The notes beneath the pieces were generated by a model. The model saw only the letters and a program-made list of their open reading frames with translations. It was not told the origin of the DNA and made no database searches. DNA of 56,741 bases, filler included, from Squatina squatina (taxonomy: Eukaryota): assembly GCA_031763465.1 (NCBI GenBank). It is 4 parts of 4 records of this genome, joined end to end, with 100 filler letters (N's around TTAATTAATTAA, not from the genome) between each part and the next. Parts side by side here need not be neighbours in the genome. Positions count along the whole stretch, not along the records: positions 13,451 to 27,275 come from JARFOE010000192.1; 3 more parts are not named here. The stretch is one strand, 5' to 3'. The translations under genes were made by a program, and so were the position numbers. This document shows, piece by piece, positions 13,351 to 25,130 of the stretch (positions within the stretch are counted from its first letter, which is position 1; the number at the start of each line of letters is the position of its first letter).

Positions 13351-13450
13351 NNNNNNNNNNNNNNNNNNNNNNNNNNNNNNNNNNNNNNNNNNNNTTAATT
13401 AATTAANNNNNNNNNNNNNNNNNNNNNNNNNNNNNNNNNNNNNNNNNNNN
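13351..13450. other. Artificial scaffold-joining spacer
   Basis: 44 N + TTAATTAATTAA (13395-13406, palindromic, stops in all six frames) + 44 N. Confidence 0.97.
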
Positions 13451-14783
13451 GGACATTCTTGCTTAAAAGTTGACAAGAAACAACTATTCTCCTAATAGAC
13501 TCATATAGGCAGCAGCCACAATCTCCAGTAGGAAAGAGATAGGTCTGTAACTCAACAAAGTAGGTTTTGAAAAGATTGGGCAATGGATTAAGGTAAATAT
13601 TTCACTTTGTCAAATTTTCAAAGAAACTAATTTTTAAAAATTGCTTCCATTCACTGCTGTATTTTTTAAATTGTGTTCATCCAAATGTATTAACAATAAT
13701 GCCAACGAATTGCATTCCACTTGGTGCCCAGATTCACAGATTAGGATCAAACTTTAGCAGTTCAAATGATAAAGCCAGGATCATTCGGAACTGCAAAAGA
13801 TCAACAGAACTAAGACACATTTATGGAAACATTCTCTGCAGCATATTAAAGTATTATTATTGTAATATGTATAAAATGGGAAACAGAAATTATAATCAAA
13901 GAAACTGTTAAATAGAAATGTGTTATGTCCTATGTTCGTATGGATATTCTTATCAAATATTTTTAATTTAAAGAATAAAACTGTCACATTAGAAATACTT
14001 TTATACCCATCTCTAAATAATACTGAAAATTATTTATAAAGCAAACTGATGTAGCTTAAAACGAGAATTATTTGAAACGCATTTTGGCACTAATTACAGG
14101 GTTGTTTATATTAATAAAAAATAAGTTTAAAATATATGCAACTTAAAGTTATAGATCTCAAAATCACCCAATGTTTACAAATTTGTCATATCTTTCAGAT
14201 AATTAAAACAGATTTAAAATATTTCAGCTACAAACCTAAACTTCTGTGCTGTGAACAAGCTGGATAAAAGACACTTGCACTCAAATCCTGAAGCATCCCG
14301 TCGCGATGAATCGAGGAATATAAACACTTTTTGCCATCAGAAAACAACACCTAGAGAACATCAAAGCTCGTTTTTTGGCACCATCGGAGCTCTGATGTAG
14401 CCGAGTGTCTTAATAATTCACGCTTAAAAAAATCTCCTGCAGCAATGAAGATTGATCAAGTAAAATCATCGCCAGTCAAAACTAAATGGTGCTTTCAAAC
14501 TTAAGTCTAGCTGTCTGGGCGGCTGCAGATCTTCCCCCAAAAGCAGATGTGATTGTAAACTGGAAGCAATTTCTCCTGGTAATCTGTGATGACACTGGGA
14601 AGATCAGCCCTGAGTTCCCTAAGGCAGACTAATCACAGTCTATAATGTATGCATGACACATGAGGTGGCTCTCTTAGAGCTCAATTAATTGGGCTTCACG
14701 TTAGGAACGCAACTTTTAGGCGTCGCAATTGTTTTCTTTTCTACATTTTTATTCTCTCTCCCAGGGACGTGACAGTTTCTTAC

Positions 14784-14831
14784 CTTCTGCGAGCCAGGTT
14801 TCCTGCAGCTGGCTCAAATCCTGAAAGAGTT
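14784..14831 (-). CDS. ETV4: PEA3-subfamily ETS factor, acidic transactivation-domain exon
   Basis: 48-bp phase-1 exon (tctctgcag...gtaaga) encoding (E)LFQDLSQLQETWLAE(A), the PEA3 N-terminal acidic helix. Family certain; ETV4 vs ETV1 unresolved. Confidence 0.75.
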
Positions 14832-16566
14832 CTGCAGAGATAGGAGAAGGAGGAAAAGTCAAAACATTGTTACAGATTGAACAAAGTGTTTCTTTAAAAT
14901 CTGAAATCAACAGTTAAGATCAGTCGAAAACGCGTGAAACAGACTTATTAATTACCTTGCGTTAACATTCAATATCCTGGAACTGTATCAGCATGCAATG
15001 CAATACCCGTATATTCGGATGAGAATTTTAAACAGCAACATTGATCAGATCTAAATCTCATGCAATCGGATGTTTANNNNNNNNNNNNNNNNNNNNNNNN
15101 NNNNNNNNNNNNNNNNNNNNNNNNNNNNNNNNNNNNNNNNNNNNNNNNNNNNNNNNNNNNNNNNNNNNNNNNNNNNNNNNNNNNNNNNNNNNNNNNNNNN
15201 NNNNNNNNNNNNNNNNNNNNNNNNNNNNNNNNNNNNNNNNNNNNNNNNNNNNNNNNNNNNNNNNNNNNNNNNNNNNNNNNNNNNNNNNNNNNNNNNNNNN
15301 NNNNNNNNNNNNNNNNNNNNNNNNNNNNNNNNNNNNNNNNNNNNNNNNNNNNNNNNNNNNNNNNNNNNNNNNNNNNNNNNNNNNNNNNNNNNNNNNNNNN
15401 NNNNNNNNNNNNNNNNNNNNNNNNNNNNNNNNNNNNNNNNNNNNNNNNNNNNNNNNNNNNNNNNNNNNNNNNNNNNNNNNNNNNNNNNNNNNNNNNNNNN
15501 NNNNNNNNNNNNNNNNNNNNNNNNNNNNNNNNNNNNNNNNNNNNNNNNNNNNNNNNNNNNNNNNNNNNNNNNNNNNNNNNNNNNNNNNNNNNNNNNNNNN
15601 NNNNNNNNNNNNNNNNNNNNNNNNNNNNNNNNNNNNNNNNNNNNNNNNNNNNNNNNNNNNNNNNNNNNNNNNNNNNNNNNNNNNNNNNNNNNNNNNNNNN
15701 NNNNNNNNNNNNNNNNNNNNNNNNNNNNNNNNNNNNNNNNNNNNNNNNNNNNNNNNNNNNNNNNNNNNNNNNNNNNNNNNNNNNNNNNNNNNNNNNNNNN
15801 NNNNNNNNNNNNNNNNNNNNNNNNNNNNNNNNNNNNNNNNNNNNNNNNNNNNNNNNNNNNNNNNNNNNNNNNNNNNNNNNNNNNNNNNNNNNNNNNNNNN
15901 NNNNNNNNNNNNNNNNNNNNNNNNNNNNNNNNNNNNNNNNNNNNNNNNNNNNNNNNNNNNNNNNNNNNNNNNNNNNNNNNNNNNNNNNNNNNNNAGGACG
16001 GGATTGGTCTTAATATTGATTCTTTTGTGGAAATGTGTCATGTTGAAGACAAATAACTAGTAATAGTGGTGAATAAAGCAAAATGTCGCATCTGTGACTT
16101 TATCAAGCGCAGTAAACTGTGTTTCCTCTGCTAGTATTTGCAACAAGACCCTACAGGGCGGCCTGCTTTACAAGTGGTGAACTGCCGGCTTTTGCCCCCT
16201 GACTTTTGAGAAGCTTCGGCTTACTTCAGCAGTGTTGCATCATTTGTCATAATGATGACATTTTATAAACTGGTTGAGCTGTGGTACAGTAACGTTTGTA
16301 CTTGACATGTGCTTCCCCCAACCCTGCGCAAAACAGTGCAGAGGCAGGAAATGGGGGGAATGAGGTGGGTTAAAATCCCAGCAGTGTCAAACGCCGCCTT
16401 GTTTAAAAAAAATGTCGGTTTCTTTAAGCCCCACTCGTTTTTTTTTGTTACAAATATTAAATGAGTTGTAGCTGAGTTTGTGGTGATGTCGTTCATAAAA
16501 CAACAATAATAAAAAAATCACGTCCGTCCGCCAAGTTCTCATTAAGCCACTTGTCAGTTCACTTAC

Positions 16567-16623
16567 AGGAGTTACAATGTAAGGCACTTGCTGGTCGTAG
16601 TATCCGTCCATTCCGCAGCTCAT
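16567..16623 (-). CDS. ETV4: PEA3-subfamily ETS factor, first coding exon (exon spans about 16567-16692 including 5'UTR)
   Basis: MSCGMDGYYDQQVPYIVTP then gtaagt donor; acceptor tcttgtctgtcgttgtag at 16693. The DQQVPY start is diagnostic of ETV1/4/5; M-x-x-x-M-D-G-Y resembles ETV4/pea3. Confidence 0.75.
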
Positions 16624-17181
16624 CGCAAACTCTTAGCTCGCCTTATTCTTCAGCATTTAGATGGAGACTGTGCCTTGACCGACTCGAGCAGCCTACAACG
16701 ACAGACAAGATGGCCAAAGGAAAATCTTGAATGGACCGCCTGAACTTGCATAACAAATTAGCCTTCAGCGCCCATTCACAAAAAAAATCTCAGCCTGCCG
16801 CCCCAACCTGTTCCAGAGAGATAGCGATCAGCCTGCAAACACGGGCAAACTGCACAGAGGTCGGGGGAGGACACAGAACTGACCCCAGCTCAGTACTCCG
16901 GACTTATCAGTGCGTGTGCATTCGCATCGATATAAAGGATTGGCAAACCTGGGCAATACACAGTAAATTGGTAATGGCGATCATCGTGGAATTCCCAAAT
17001 GTTTTCCTTATATGCAGATAACGGGACTAGATGAAGAGCGTTTTATTATCATTATTATTTCTGTAACGCTGTTTCACGCAATGCTCTAGAGGCTTGCAAA
17101 AGTTGAACAGGGTCTCACCTGAATGGGTGCAGTGCGATCGCCTATAAATATTCCCGTCAGATTTGGTAAATAGCATGAATG

Positions 17182-17188
17182 ACATGCG

Positions 17189-17223
<35 letters not shown>

Positions 17224-17252
17224 GTACACACACACACGCGTACACACACACA
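17182..17252. repeat. (CA)n microsatellite with CGCGT interruptions
   Basis: About 70 bp of alternating purine-pyrimidine. Confidence 0.95.
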
Positions 17253-19284
17253 TAACTGGTTCTATACAGTGTACGAGCACATGAATAGAGCAAGTGACAG
17301 TTTTCAAATCTTTCCATTATTTCATACCACTGTTTCTAAGAATAAAAGACCCAAACATTTCTGGATAGGTTCTACATACGCAGTGTCCCCGGATTCCACA
17401 GGATTGCTCTCAGCCGCCGGTTCGGTTACTCCCATTATTGAGGACTGTCCACGTGCACCTGGTGATCTACTCTGTTTACTATTCAACAAGAAAAAAAAAG
17501 TCAACAGCTCAATGGGGATAGGAAATAAGGACCATATCTGAAGAAAATATCAGGACTATGCTTTTAGCATTTACATTTTTGGTTTTTGTGCTAGCCTTCT
17601 GTCTTTTTCAACACCAAGGAGTCCCAATTGGTTAGTGTCATGCTGCCAGCATTAGGAGCCAAAAAAAGCATCGCTTCGTGCTGGGTTCAGGTTCCTGCAA
17701 AGTGATGAGGTATTGGTCTCTTTAAAAAAAAACATTTCAGTGGTGGCGCTATTCAGTTCATCTGGGGCTCTTAGAGGGAAAAGCATTCTCAACGTGACCA
17801 ATTCTAGGAGTGGTGTATTCGGTGCTAATCACTTTCCAGACCACTCCAGCCCTTAAAGGCAATGTGGNNNNNNNNNNNNNNNNNNNNNNNNNNNNNNNNN
17901 NNNNNNNNNNNNNNNNNNNNNNNNNNNNNNNNNNNNNNNNNNNNNNNNNNNNNNNNNNNNNNNNNNNCTATTAACAGCCCCATAACCGGCTTTTGCGATG
18001 TCTCCCTGGGTGTGTGGGTCCACCCGGGGAGGTCGCAATTTCAGGCCCATTGTTCTACCTGATTCTGGGCCTATTTGGGGGAGGCGGGGGCAGGGTGGGT
18101 GGTGAGTGCTTAAAGTGTATTTCCACCCATGCCAAGAATGGCTCTTACAATTTTCCACTGCAAGTGACAGCAGCAGTCACATTAAAATTCTATTTAAATT
18201 CTGAGATGATATCGAACATCAGATTTCCTGACATTTGCACCTGTGGTTCAGCTAAAGCTGAGAACATCAGCGCATGCGAGGTGCCCAGACTTTCTAAGCG
18301 TCAATCGACAGTTAATTTAAAGGACAAGTGAAATGAAGCTTTGAGGTGTTCTCAACTTTCGGGTTTTACAGCTGTTTGGAATAAATTTTACTTGATGTTA
18401 TTCTGCCACCTGCAGCAACAACAACATCAAATTGCACCTTTCTGCCTTGTGTTCTGGTGCTTCCATGTTTTTACCCTCAAACATTCTACAGAGGAGATAA
18501 TTGGATTTGATTAGGCATACGCTTCTGTTCCTGTTACTTTGAGGAAGAAGAGAAGGACATGGAGGCCGACCAGGGAGATGCCAGACTGAACAAATAATTC
18601 TTGCATAACAATATCGATCCTTTATTCAAATTAGCCCTGCCTACCTGAAAGCGTCCCCGTGTTGCGTGATCATTCGGCACATCTGTCATGCAAGGGCCAC
18701 AAGAGAACTAAACATGATTTTTGAAAATGCTGTTAATTATGTGGCGAAAAAACAGAACTAAAAGAAAAACGATTGCAACATTTCTGACTTCCCAGATCGT
18801 GTTCAATGTTTGCAAGAGTCACAAAACCCCGGGCAGCAGTGACGCATCCTGCAAAGCTGCAGATGTTTCATTTGTAAATACATATAGGGTTTTCGAAAAA
18901 AATGCAAAGTTCGTGTGTTGAAAACTTGCTTGTGGAAATCATATGGCAAAAAGAGGAACGTTGGTTCAAGAAATGCAAAGTGAGTTAAAAGTTTTGTGGT
19001 TGAGCTTTTTCTTTTAAACTTCATAAAATGTCCCTGTCTCTTTCCCACTGTTTCTTTAATATAATCTGAGCAACAGTTTTCAAGCTGTCTAATCAGGCAG
19101 GAAGAATGGTTACCGCAGCAACGGGGAGGTGGCGCTCTGTGCATGACCAGTCATATTTGCATGGCTTTGGCGAGCTAACCAATGGTGTGGGCTGCTTTTC
19201 AGCTGATTGATGTGTTTATTCAGAGCAACAGTTTCCCTCCAGGCGAAAGAGTGTGAGAGGAAAAGAGAGAAAGAAAAAGAGACC

Positions 19285-19576
19285 GTTTAAAGTGAAGGAG
19301 AAGGCGAATTTATTTCACAAGAGAGAGAGAAAAGTCAACACATCTAGATAGCAAGACATGATGGGGAAGGGAAATTCATTCACAAAAAAGTCTTAAAATT
19401 TACAGCCAGCCGAGAGATAAAGCGACCGAGGGGGAGGGGAAGTTCATTCACAAAAAAAAAGGTCAAATTCACAGATCAGCGAGAGACCAAGGGGAAGGAG
19501 GAGTTCATTCAGAAAAAGAATCCGCAGCTTTGACTGAGGGGGAGGGAGAGTTCATTCACAAAAGTGAAATCTTATC
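19285..19576 (+). repeat. Degenerate ~55-65-bp tandem repeat (gggggagggagagttcattcacaaaa core), about 5 copies
   Basis: Core recurs near 19300, 19370, 19435, 19495, 19545. Confidence 0.7.
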
Positions 19577-22500
19577 NNNNNNNNNNNNNNNNNNNNNNNN
19601 NNNNNNNNNGGCTCGAAGGGCCGAATGGCCTACTCCTGCTCCTATTTTCTATGTTTCTATGTTTCTATTCAGCATGGTTATATTCAGTGTGGACAGGTAC
19701 AGTTCAGCACAGTTACATTCAGTTTGGAAAGGTCAGGATCGATACGGTTGCATTCAATGTGGACAGGTCCAGTTCACACTGCTTCAAGATAACTGAATAT
19801 ATTAAATTACTTTTTAGTATATTGGATTTCAGGTTATTTTAGTATTTTGTGATAATATTCTTTAACTCAGCTTGTCTTTCTGTGGTATGTTACTTTTCAT
19901 TCACCCCCACTTGAACTAACTCTCACCCTCTCCACCATTTATCAGCTAAATTCTCCACCTGGATTTGGATGAATAATGGTTTAAAGCAGGTAGATAAGTC
20001 TGGGAGGCTGGGAATATGAAGAGATACGCACACTAAGGCGTCAGATGCCAACTGTCCACTTTTCACTCTAGCCACTGGTCACATGGGTATAGAAATCAGC
20101 TGTTTTCCAGGTTCTGCACCGAGCAGACGGTTGGTATTTCTGGATTGTCATCGCCTGTCTATGAATCTACGCCTACACAATCACTGGTGCACAGAATCTG
20201 GTTACATCTTCAATTGGAATCAACATCAGTTATCATGGCTCAATGATTTGCAACCTAATTACATACTTCAATATGCTAGTGCTTGAAATAAAAATCNNNN
20301 NNNNNNNNNNNNNNNNNNNNNNNNNNNNNNNNNNNNNNNNNNNNNNNNNNNNNNNNNNNNNNNNNNNNNNNNNNNNNNNNNNNNNNNNNNNNNNNNAGTC
20401 TTCAATGTACGCTGGACTTTTCAAAGCAGCTGTAGTATAAGTCCCCCTCGGTCTGGACAGACTCTGATTTGATGTTTGTTCTTTTTTCTAACCTGCTCCT
20501 TTTATCTGTTGTCTCTGTATTAAGTGTCATCTGCTTTCATTGGCATGCGACTGAAAGCCACTCAGCTGGGCTGTATGATTGCTTGCTTTACAGTGTCAGA
20601 TGCAGCAAATGGAAAATGCTCACAAAAACTGCAGCACATTCCTTATCTGTAAAGAGAAAAATAATTTCACTTACTTTGTGTATTTAATCTCTAGTTCCAG
20701 TGCTTCACCTCATGCAATAGCAGTTTAATTTGACAGCATAAACTCTATTTATAACCAAGCCTAGACACTGTAGGTGACATATTGAAGGAGCAAGTAAGAT
20801 CTCAGTCAAGGTCCCTATTCTGATGAGTGACAGATTTTACTTCAATGTGCTTATTTGTAACAACTTGACTCCTGTGTTAATAGAAAGAAACTGCAGCATA
20901 AGCCCAGCAGACACTGATTTCTAGCAATGCGCAAGTTAGCGAGCGCAGTGTTGCTGCTTTTACTGGTTGTGGGCTGCAGGCTAATTTAGATCATCTGGAG
21001 TGAGAAGAGGTAGGCTCAGCATGGTTCAGTTTTGATCAGCATGAAAGAGACTCACAGCACTCCTACTAAGAACTGACCCGGAAGTAGGTTTTCCATTCTT
21101 GGAACTATATGGGATCTTCTTACTGTGTTCATGAAGCAGATCTGCACTAAGGCCTCACAACCTGGTGTGTACTCAGCCATGCACATTAAGACAGCCTTAT
21201 GTCTGATTCTTGGGGTCCCAAATTCTGTGATCCCTGCTTCACCAGCAGGTGTGGTGGAATGGGACTTGCATCTGTACATGCCAGCGATGCAAATCCCATC
21301 CCAAAATTGCAAGGATAGGATATTACCTTAGTTGGGGTGGGAGATTGTGCAACTGCTCACGGAGTTGTGAGGGTTGCCTAGTCTCTCTTTAGGTAAAAAC
21401 ACTGCAAAACTAAGAGTTGAACCTGTGTGGTAATGAATTTAAATGGGACAGGGATCAGGGCCAAGTACTGGAAACAATTAAAAGATGACAAGCTAAGTTG
21501 TCATTTTAAAATATTGCAAATGTAATAAAGACATAAAAACTTAAAGGTCTGATCAGAAAAAATACTATCACTAACACTATGTATAAACATACCATAACAT
21601 CTTCCAAATATCTAGAGTAATTTTTCTTGTGTTGGGCCTACCCTCTATCTTGAGCTGTGCCTGTTTCTGTGCCTGGGACACTTAAACTAAGTCNNNNNNN
21701 NNNNNNNNNNNNNNNNNNNNNNNNNNNNNNNNNNNNNNNNNNNNNNNNNNNNNNNNNNNNNNNNNNNNNNNNNNNNNNNNNNNNNNNNNNNNNATCAACA
21801 GCTCTTTGATGAATAGATTATGGTTAGTAAGTAATAAAATGGGTACAACTGAATGTACTGCTGCTGTTAGCCTCAGAAAAGTGTTTACAGCTTCTCCTTA
21901 CCTCACTTCAATGCACACACAGCATTTTGTGGCAGTCTGAGATTCTCGTATCTCTAGTTTGTGGGCAAAAAGCCAATCCCATAAGAGATTTTCATCCAGC
22001 TGCACATCGTTCTTATCAACAAGCCCCACCATTTACAAAACATCCCCTGTTGCTTGTCATAGAAATGAAAAGATAATTAACGTGTTTATTCATAGTTCTC
22101 AGTTATGACTCCTTCTTCCTGCAGGCTAGAGAGGGAGAGTTCCATTCACAAAACCTCACCACAAAGCATAGCTTGCATGAGACTGAGACAGGGTGGAGTC
22201 AGTGTTCTGTGCTGTAAACAATGAGGTAAACGTTCCGGTGTTCATTCACCAACACCTTTCAGCATTTCCAGGCAAGGCAATATCTGATCCCAAGACGTCA
22301 GGGAAGACAGGGATGTTTTGCAACATTATGAGAAAGAGAGAAAGACCTGTCTGCTGAGTAACTTGGGTAAAGAAACATTTAAAATGTATTTCTTTGAATA
22401 AGGTCTTTTTTCTGGAAATCTTAACTTAAATCAATAAGCAACCCAGAGTTCAGCTTGTACTTCGTGGTAACATCTTCTGATACAAAAATCATAAACAATA

Positions 22501-23214
22501 AGCACATTCTATTTAACTAAATGCTTACAGGAAATATTTACTGAAGAACAACAAACAAATCAGTTCAAAATGTTTTTCTGCCGCATTGAAAAACTTTATT
22601 TTTCTGCGATCCTCAGATTTTATGTGTGCCAGTCATGATATTTTTTTAATGAAGGGGAAACAACCCAGCAATACTGATTTTCCAGTGGCAGTCAATATTT
22701 AAGACCTAGTTCCCCACAAGTTCATTTAGGCTTAAGGCCTATGGCATACATCTTTGGACAGAGAAAATACTAGACTACAANNNNNNNNNNNNNNNNNNNN
22801 NNNNNNNNNNNNNNNNNNNNNNNNNNNNNNNNNNNNNNNNNNNNNNNNNNNNNNNNNNNNNNNNNNNNNNNNNNNNNNNNAGAAGAATTGCAGTTCAAAA
22901 ACGAGAGCATACACAACTCTTTTATTTGAAAAGACAGCTGTCATCAGTAATAGATTGCATGCTGACATACATAGGTTATAGACAAACAGAAATAAATTCA
23001 AGTGTTACAGCTTCAAATCCCAGATGTTCACACTTACAATATATACCATTTTTTGTTGCAGGAGACCAAGCATTCTTTTAATAATTGCTTTCAACAGAAG
23101 CAGTGTTAAACTCAAAAACACCAACAACTGTGAGGTCACATGGCACAGTGTACAAAATGCATCAGAATTTACCTCCCGATTGATACGTCATCATCGCTGG
23201 GTCAGAGTCTCAGA

Positions 23215-23350
23215 ATTCCCTATCAAACACCATTGTGGGGGCAGCAGCATCATAAGGACTGCAGCGGTTCAGGTAGAAGGTCCATCATCACCTTCTTGGG
23301 AATGGGCAATAAATCCTCGCCAGTGTCAACAACATCCCAAGAACGTATGA
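23215..23350 (+). mobile_element. LINE 3' end (KAAHHHLLKGN-type family)
   Basis: Homologous to the reverse-strand copies at 43625-43793 and 50929-51283. Confidence 0.65.
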
Positions 23351-24898
23351 AAAAAAAACTGATAACCTTTGAACTTATAACATTGGTGCCAATGTCAAGG
23401 ATTCAATCCTTGGGCTGGCCATTTGCCTGGTGATGCAATTTCTGCCTTTCTGTACAACTCATGAAATTGTATTCTCATGAATCACACAATTAAAACCACA
23501 CAATCATGCAATATTTTAGCAATTCTTCCATTTTTCGCAACAGCAGAAAATATAGCCCATAGAGCCAACATCAGTTTAGATTGCACACAATAAATTACAC
23601 AGTGTCAGGTATGTGGGGTAGTCAGTTCAGTAGAAAATATGCTAGCGCATTAGAACACACATTTAGTAGCCAACCTGTGAATCCACAGAAGTCAAAACAT
23701 TTTGGGCGCCCAATTCGGCTTTTTTGCATTTCTAGCACTAAGCTCCGAATTTCGCGCTGGAAAGTGGCCTCTCTGAAAATTAGTCTTGAACACTGCAATT
23801 AGCCACTTTAGACTTGGAGCGTTCAAACATGTGCAAACGTTAGCGTTAAAGGGCCCATACTTAACTGAGCTTTTCGTGGTCAGGTTCATCATGCAAATTC
23901 CTCAGTTGNNNNNNNNNNNNNNNNNNNNNNNNNNNNNNNNNNNNNNNNNNNNNNNNNNNNNNNNNNNNNNNNNNNNNNNNNNNNNNNNNNNNNNNNNNNN
24001 NNNNNNNNTTGCTGGTTTGACAAGGACAAAGTTAGGCAGATTGTTCACTGGCAGTGATGGTTAGATAAGCCCTGGGAGGGGTGGGAGGGGGTAGGAGAAT
24101 GGAAGGGAATGATCATGGGCTGGCAGTGGCCTTCAGGAGCACTCTTGCACCTCCACATCCCAGCTCCATATAAAGGTCAATTTTTAAAAAGTTATTATAC
24201 TAGCATTGCACAACACAGGTCTCACAGATCTGTAAAGATACATCAGGGTATTGTGGATTTCCATCTGAAGCAAATTGAAAATGAGGATATAAATAAAGCT
24301 GTCTGTTTGTGACAGCTTCAAAGGAAAATCCGTACAAAGGAAGGGCTGCTCCTACCAGCAGATGATGAACCAGATGCCATAAAGCAACAGGGATCAAACT
24401 CACTGCTTTCACTGCTCTGAAGCTAGTCTGATAAACTGCCACTTGCATTGCTGAAAAGCCTTATCCATCAGCACATCACAACAGAAATGAATAGTGACAT
24501 GTTCTGATAAAACTTGCTGTGAAATGGTGTACATTATTTTGTCTGGTCAATACCAATCACAGGGGGGAAAAGTAATTTAAAAAAATGCAATGGGCAGAGC
24601 ATATAACCATGAATCATGTACTTTTTTAAAGTAGGCATATAGCAAACAAATCCACTCCATGCTGGCATAAAAACACATTTTAAAATCACAATATTTGATG
24701 GTAAAACATTAGAATGTAGTTATAACATATCCAGATGGCATTTTGCATAGAGTATCATGCAAAAATCATATACAAAATCTCAATATTGAAAAATAATGCA
24801 GGAAACATTTTAAGCTGTTTTCTGCTATCTTGGGTTAGGACTTCCCCTTCTCAAAACAGACAGTGATCTTTGCTGTTGCCTTAGGAGGTCATATAGTG

Positions 24899-25130
24899 AA
24901 TCATAGAATATTACAGCACAGAAGGAGGCTATTCGGCCCATCATGCTGGCTCTTTGAAAGAGCTATCCAATTAGTCCCACTCCCCCGGTCCACCCATAGC
25001 CCTGTAAGTTTTGCCTTTCCAAGCATATACAGTCAATTTCCTTTTGAAAGTTAATATTGAATCTGCTTTCAGCACCCTTTCAGGTGTTCGCTGCGTAAAA
25101 AAAAACTCTTCATCTTCCCTCTGGTTCTTT
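24899..25130 (-). mobile_element. Degenerate CR1 LINE 3' end
   Basis: catagaat...acagcacagaaggaggctattcggccc tail in reverse; related to 6380-6480. Confidence 0.7.

Noticed and set aside
15041-16060. Long ORFs of 300+ aa (also 27784-28408 and 41173-42339)
   Set aside because: Read-through of N gaps
20590-22032. Possible two-exon minus-strand micro-ORF (ATG 22032 to gtaagg donor at 21901; acceptor at 20647) giving a 44-aa peptide
   Set aside because: No homology, the pieces are separated by a 100-N gap, and such signals occur by chance
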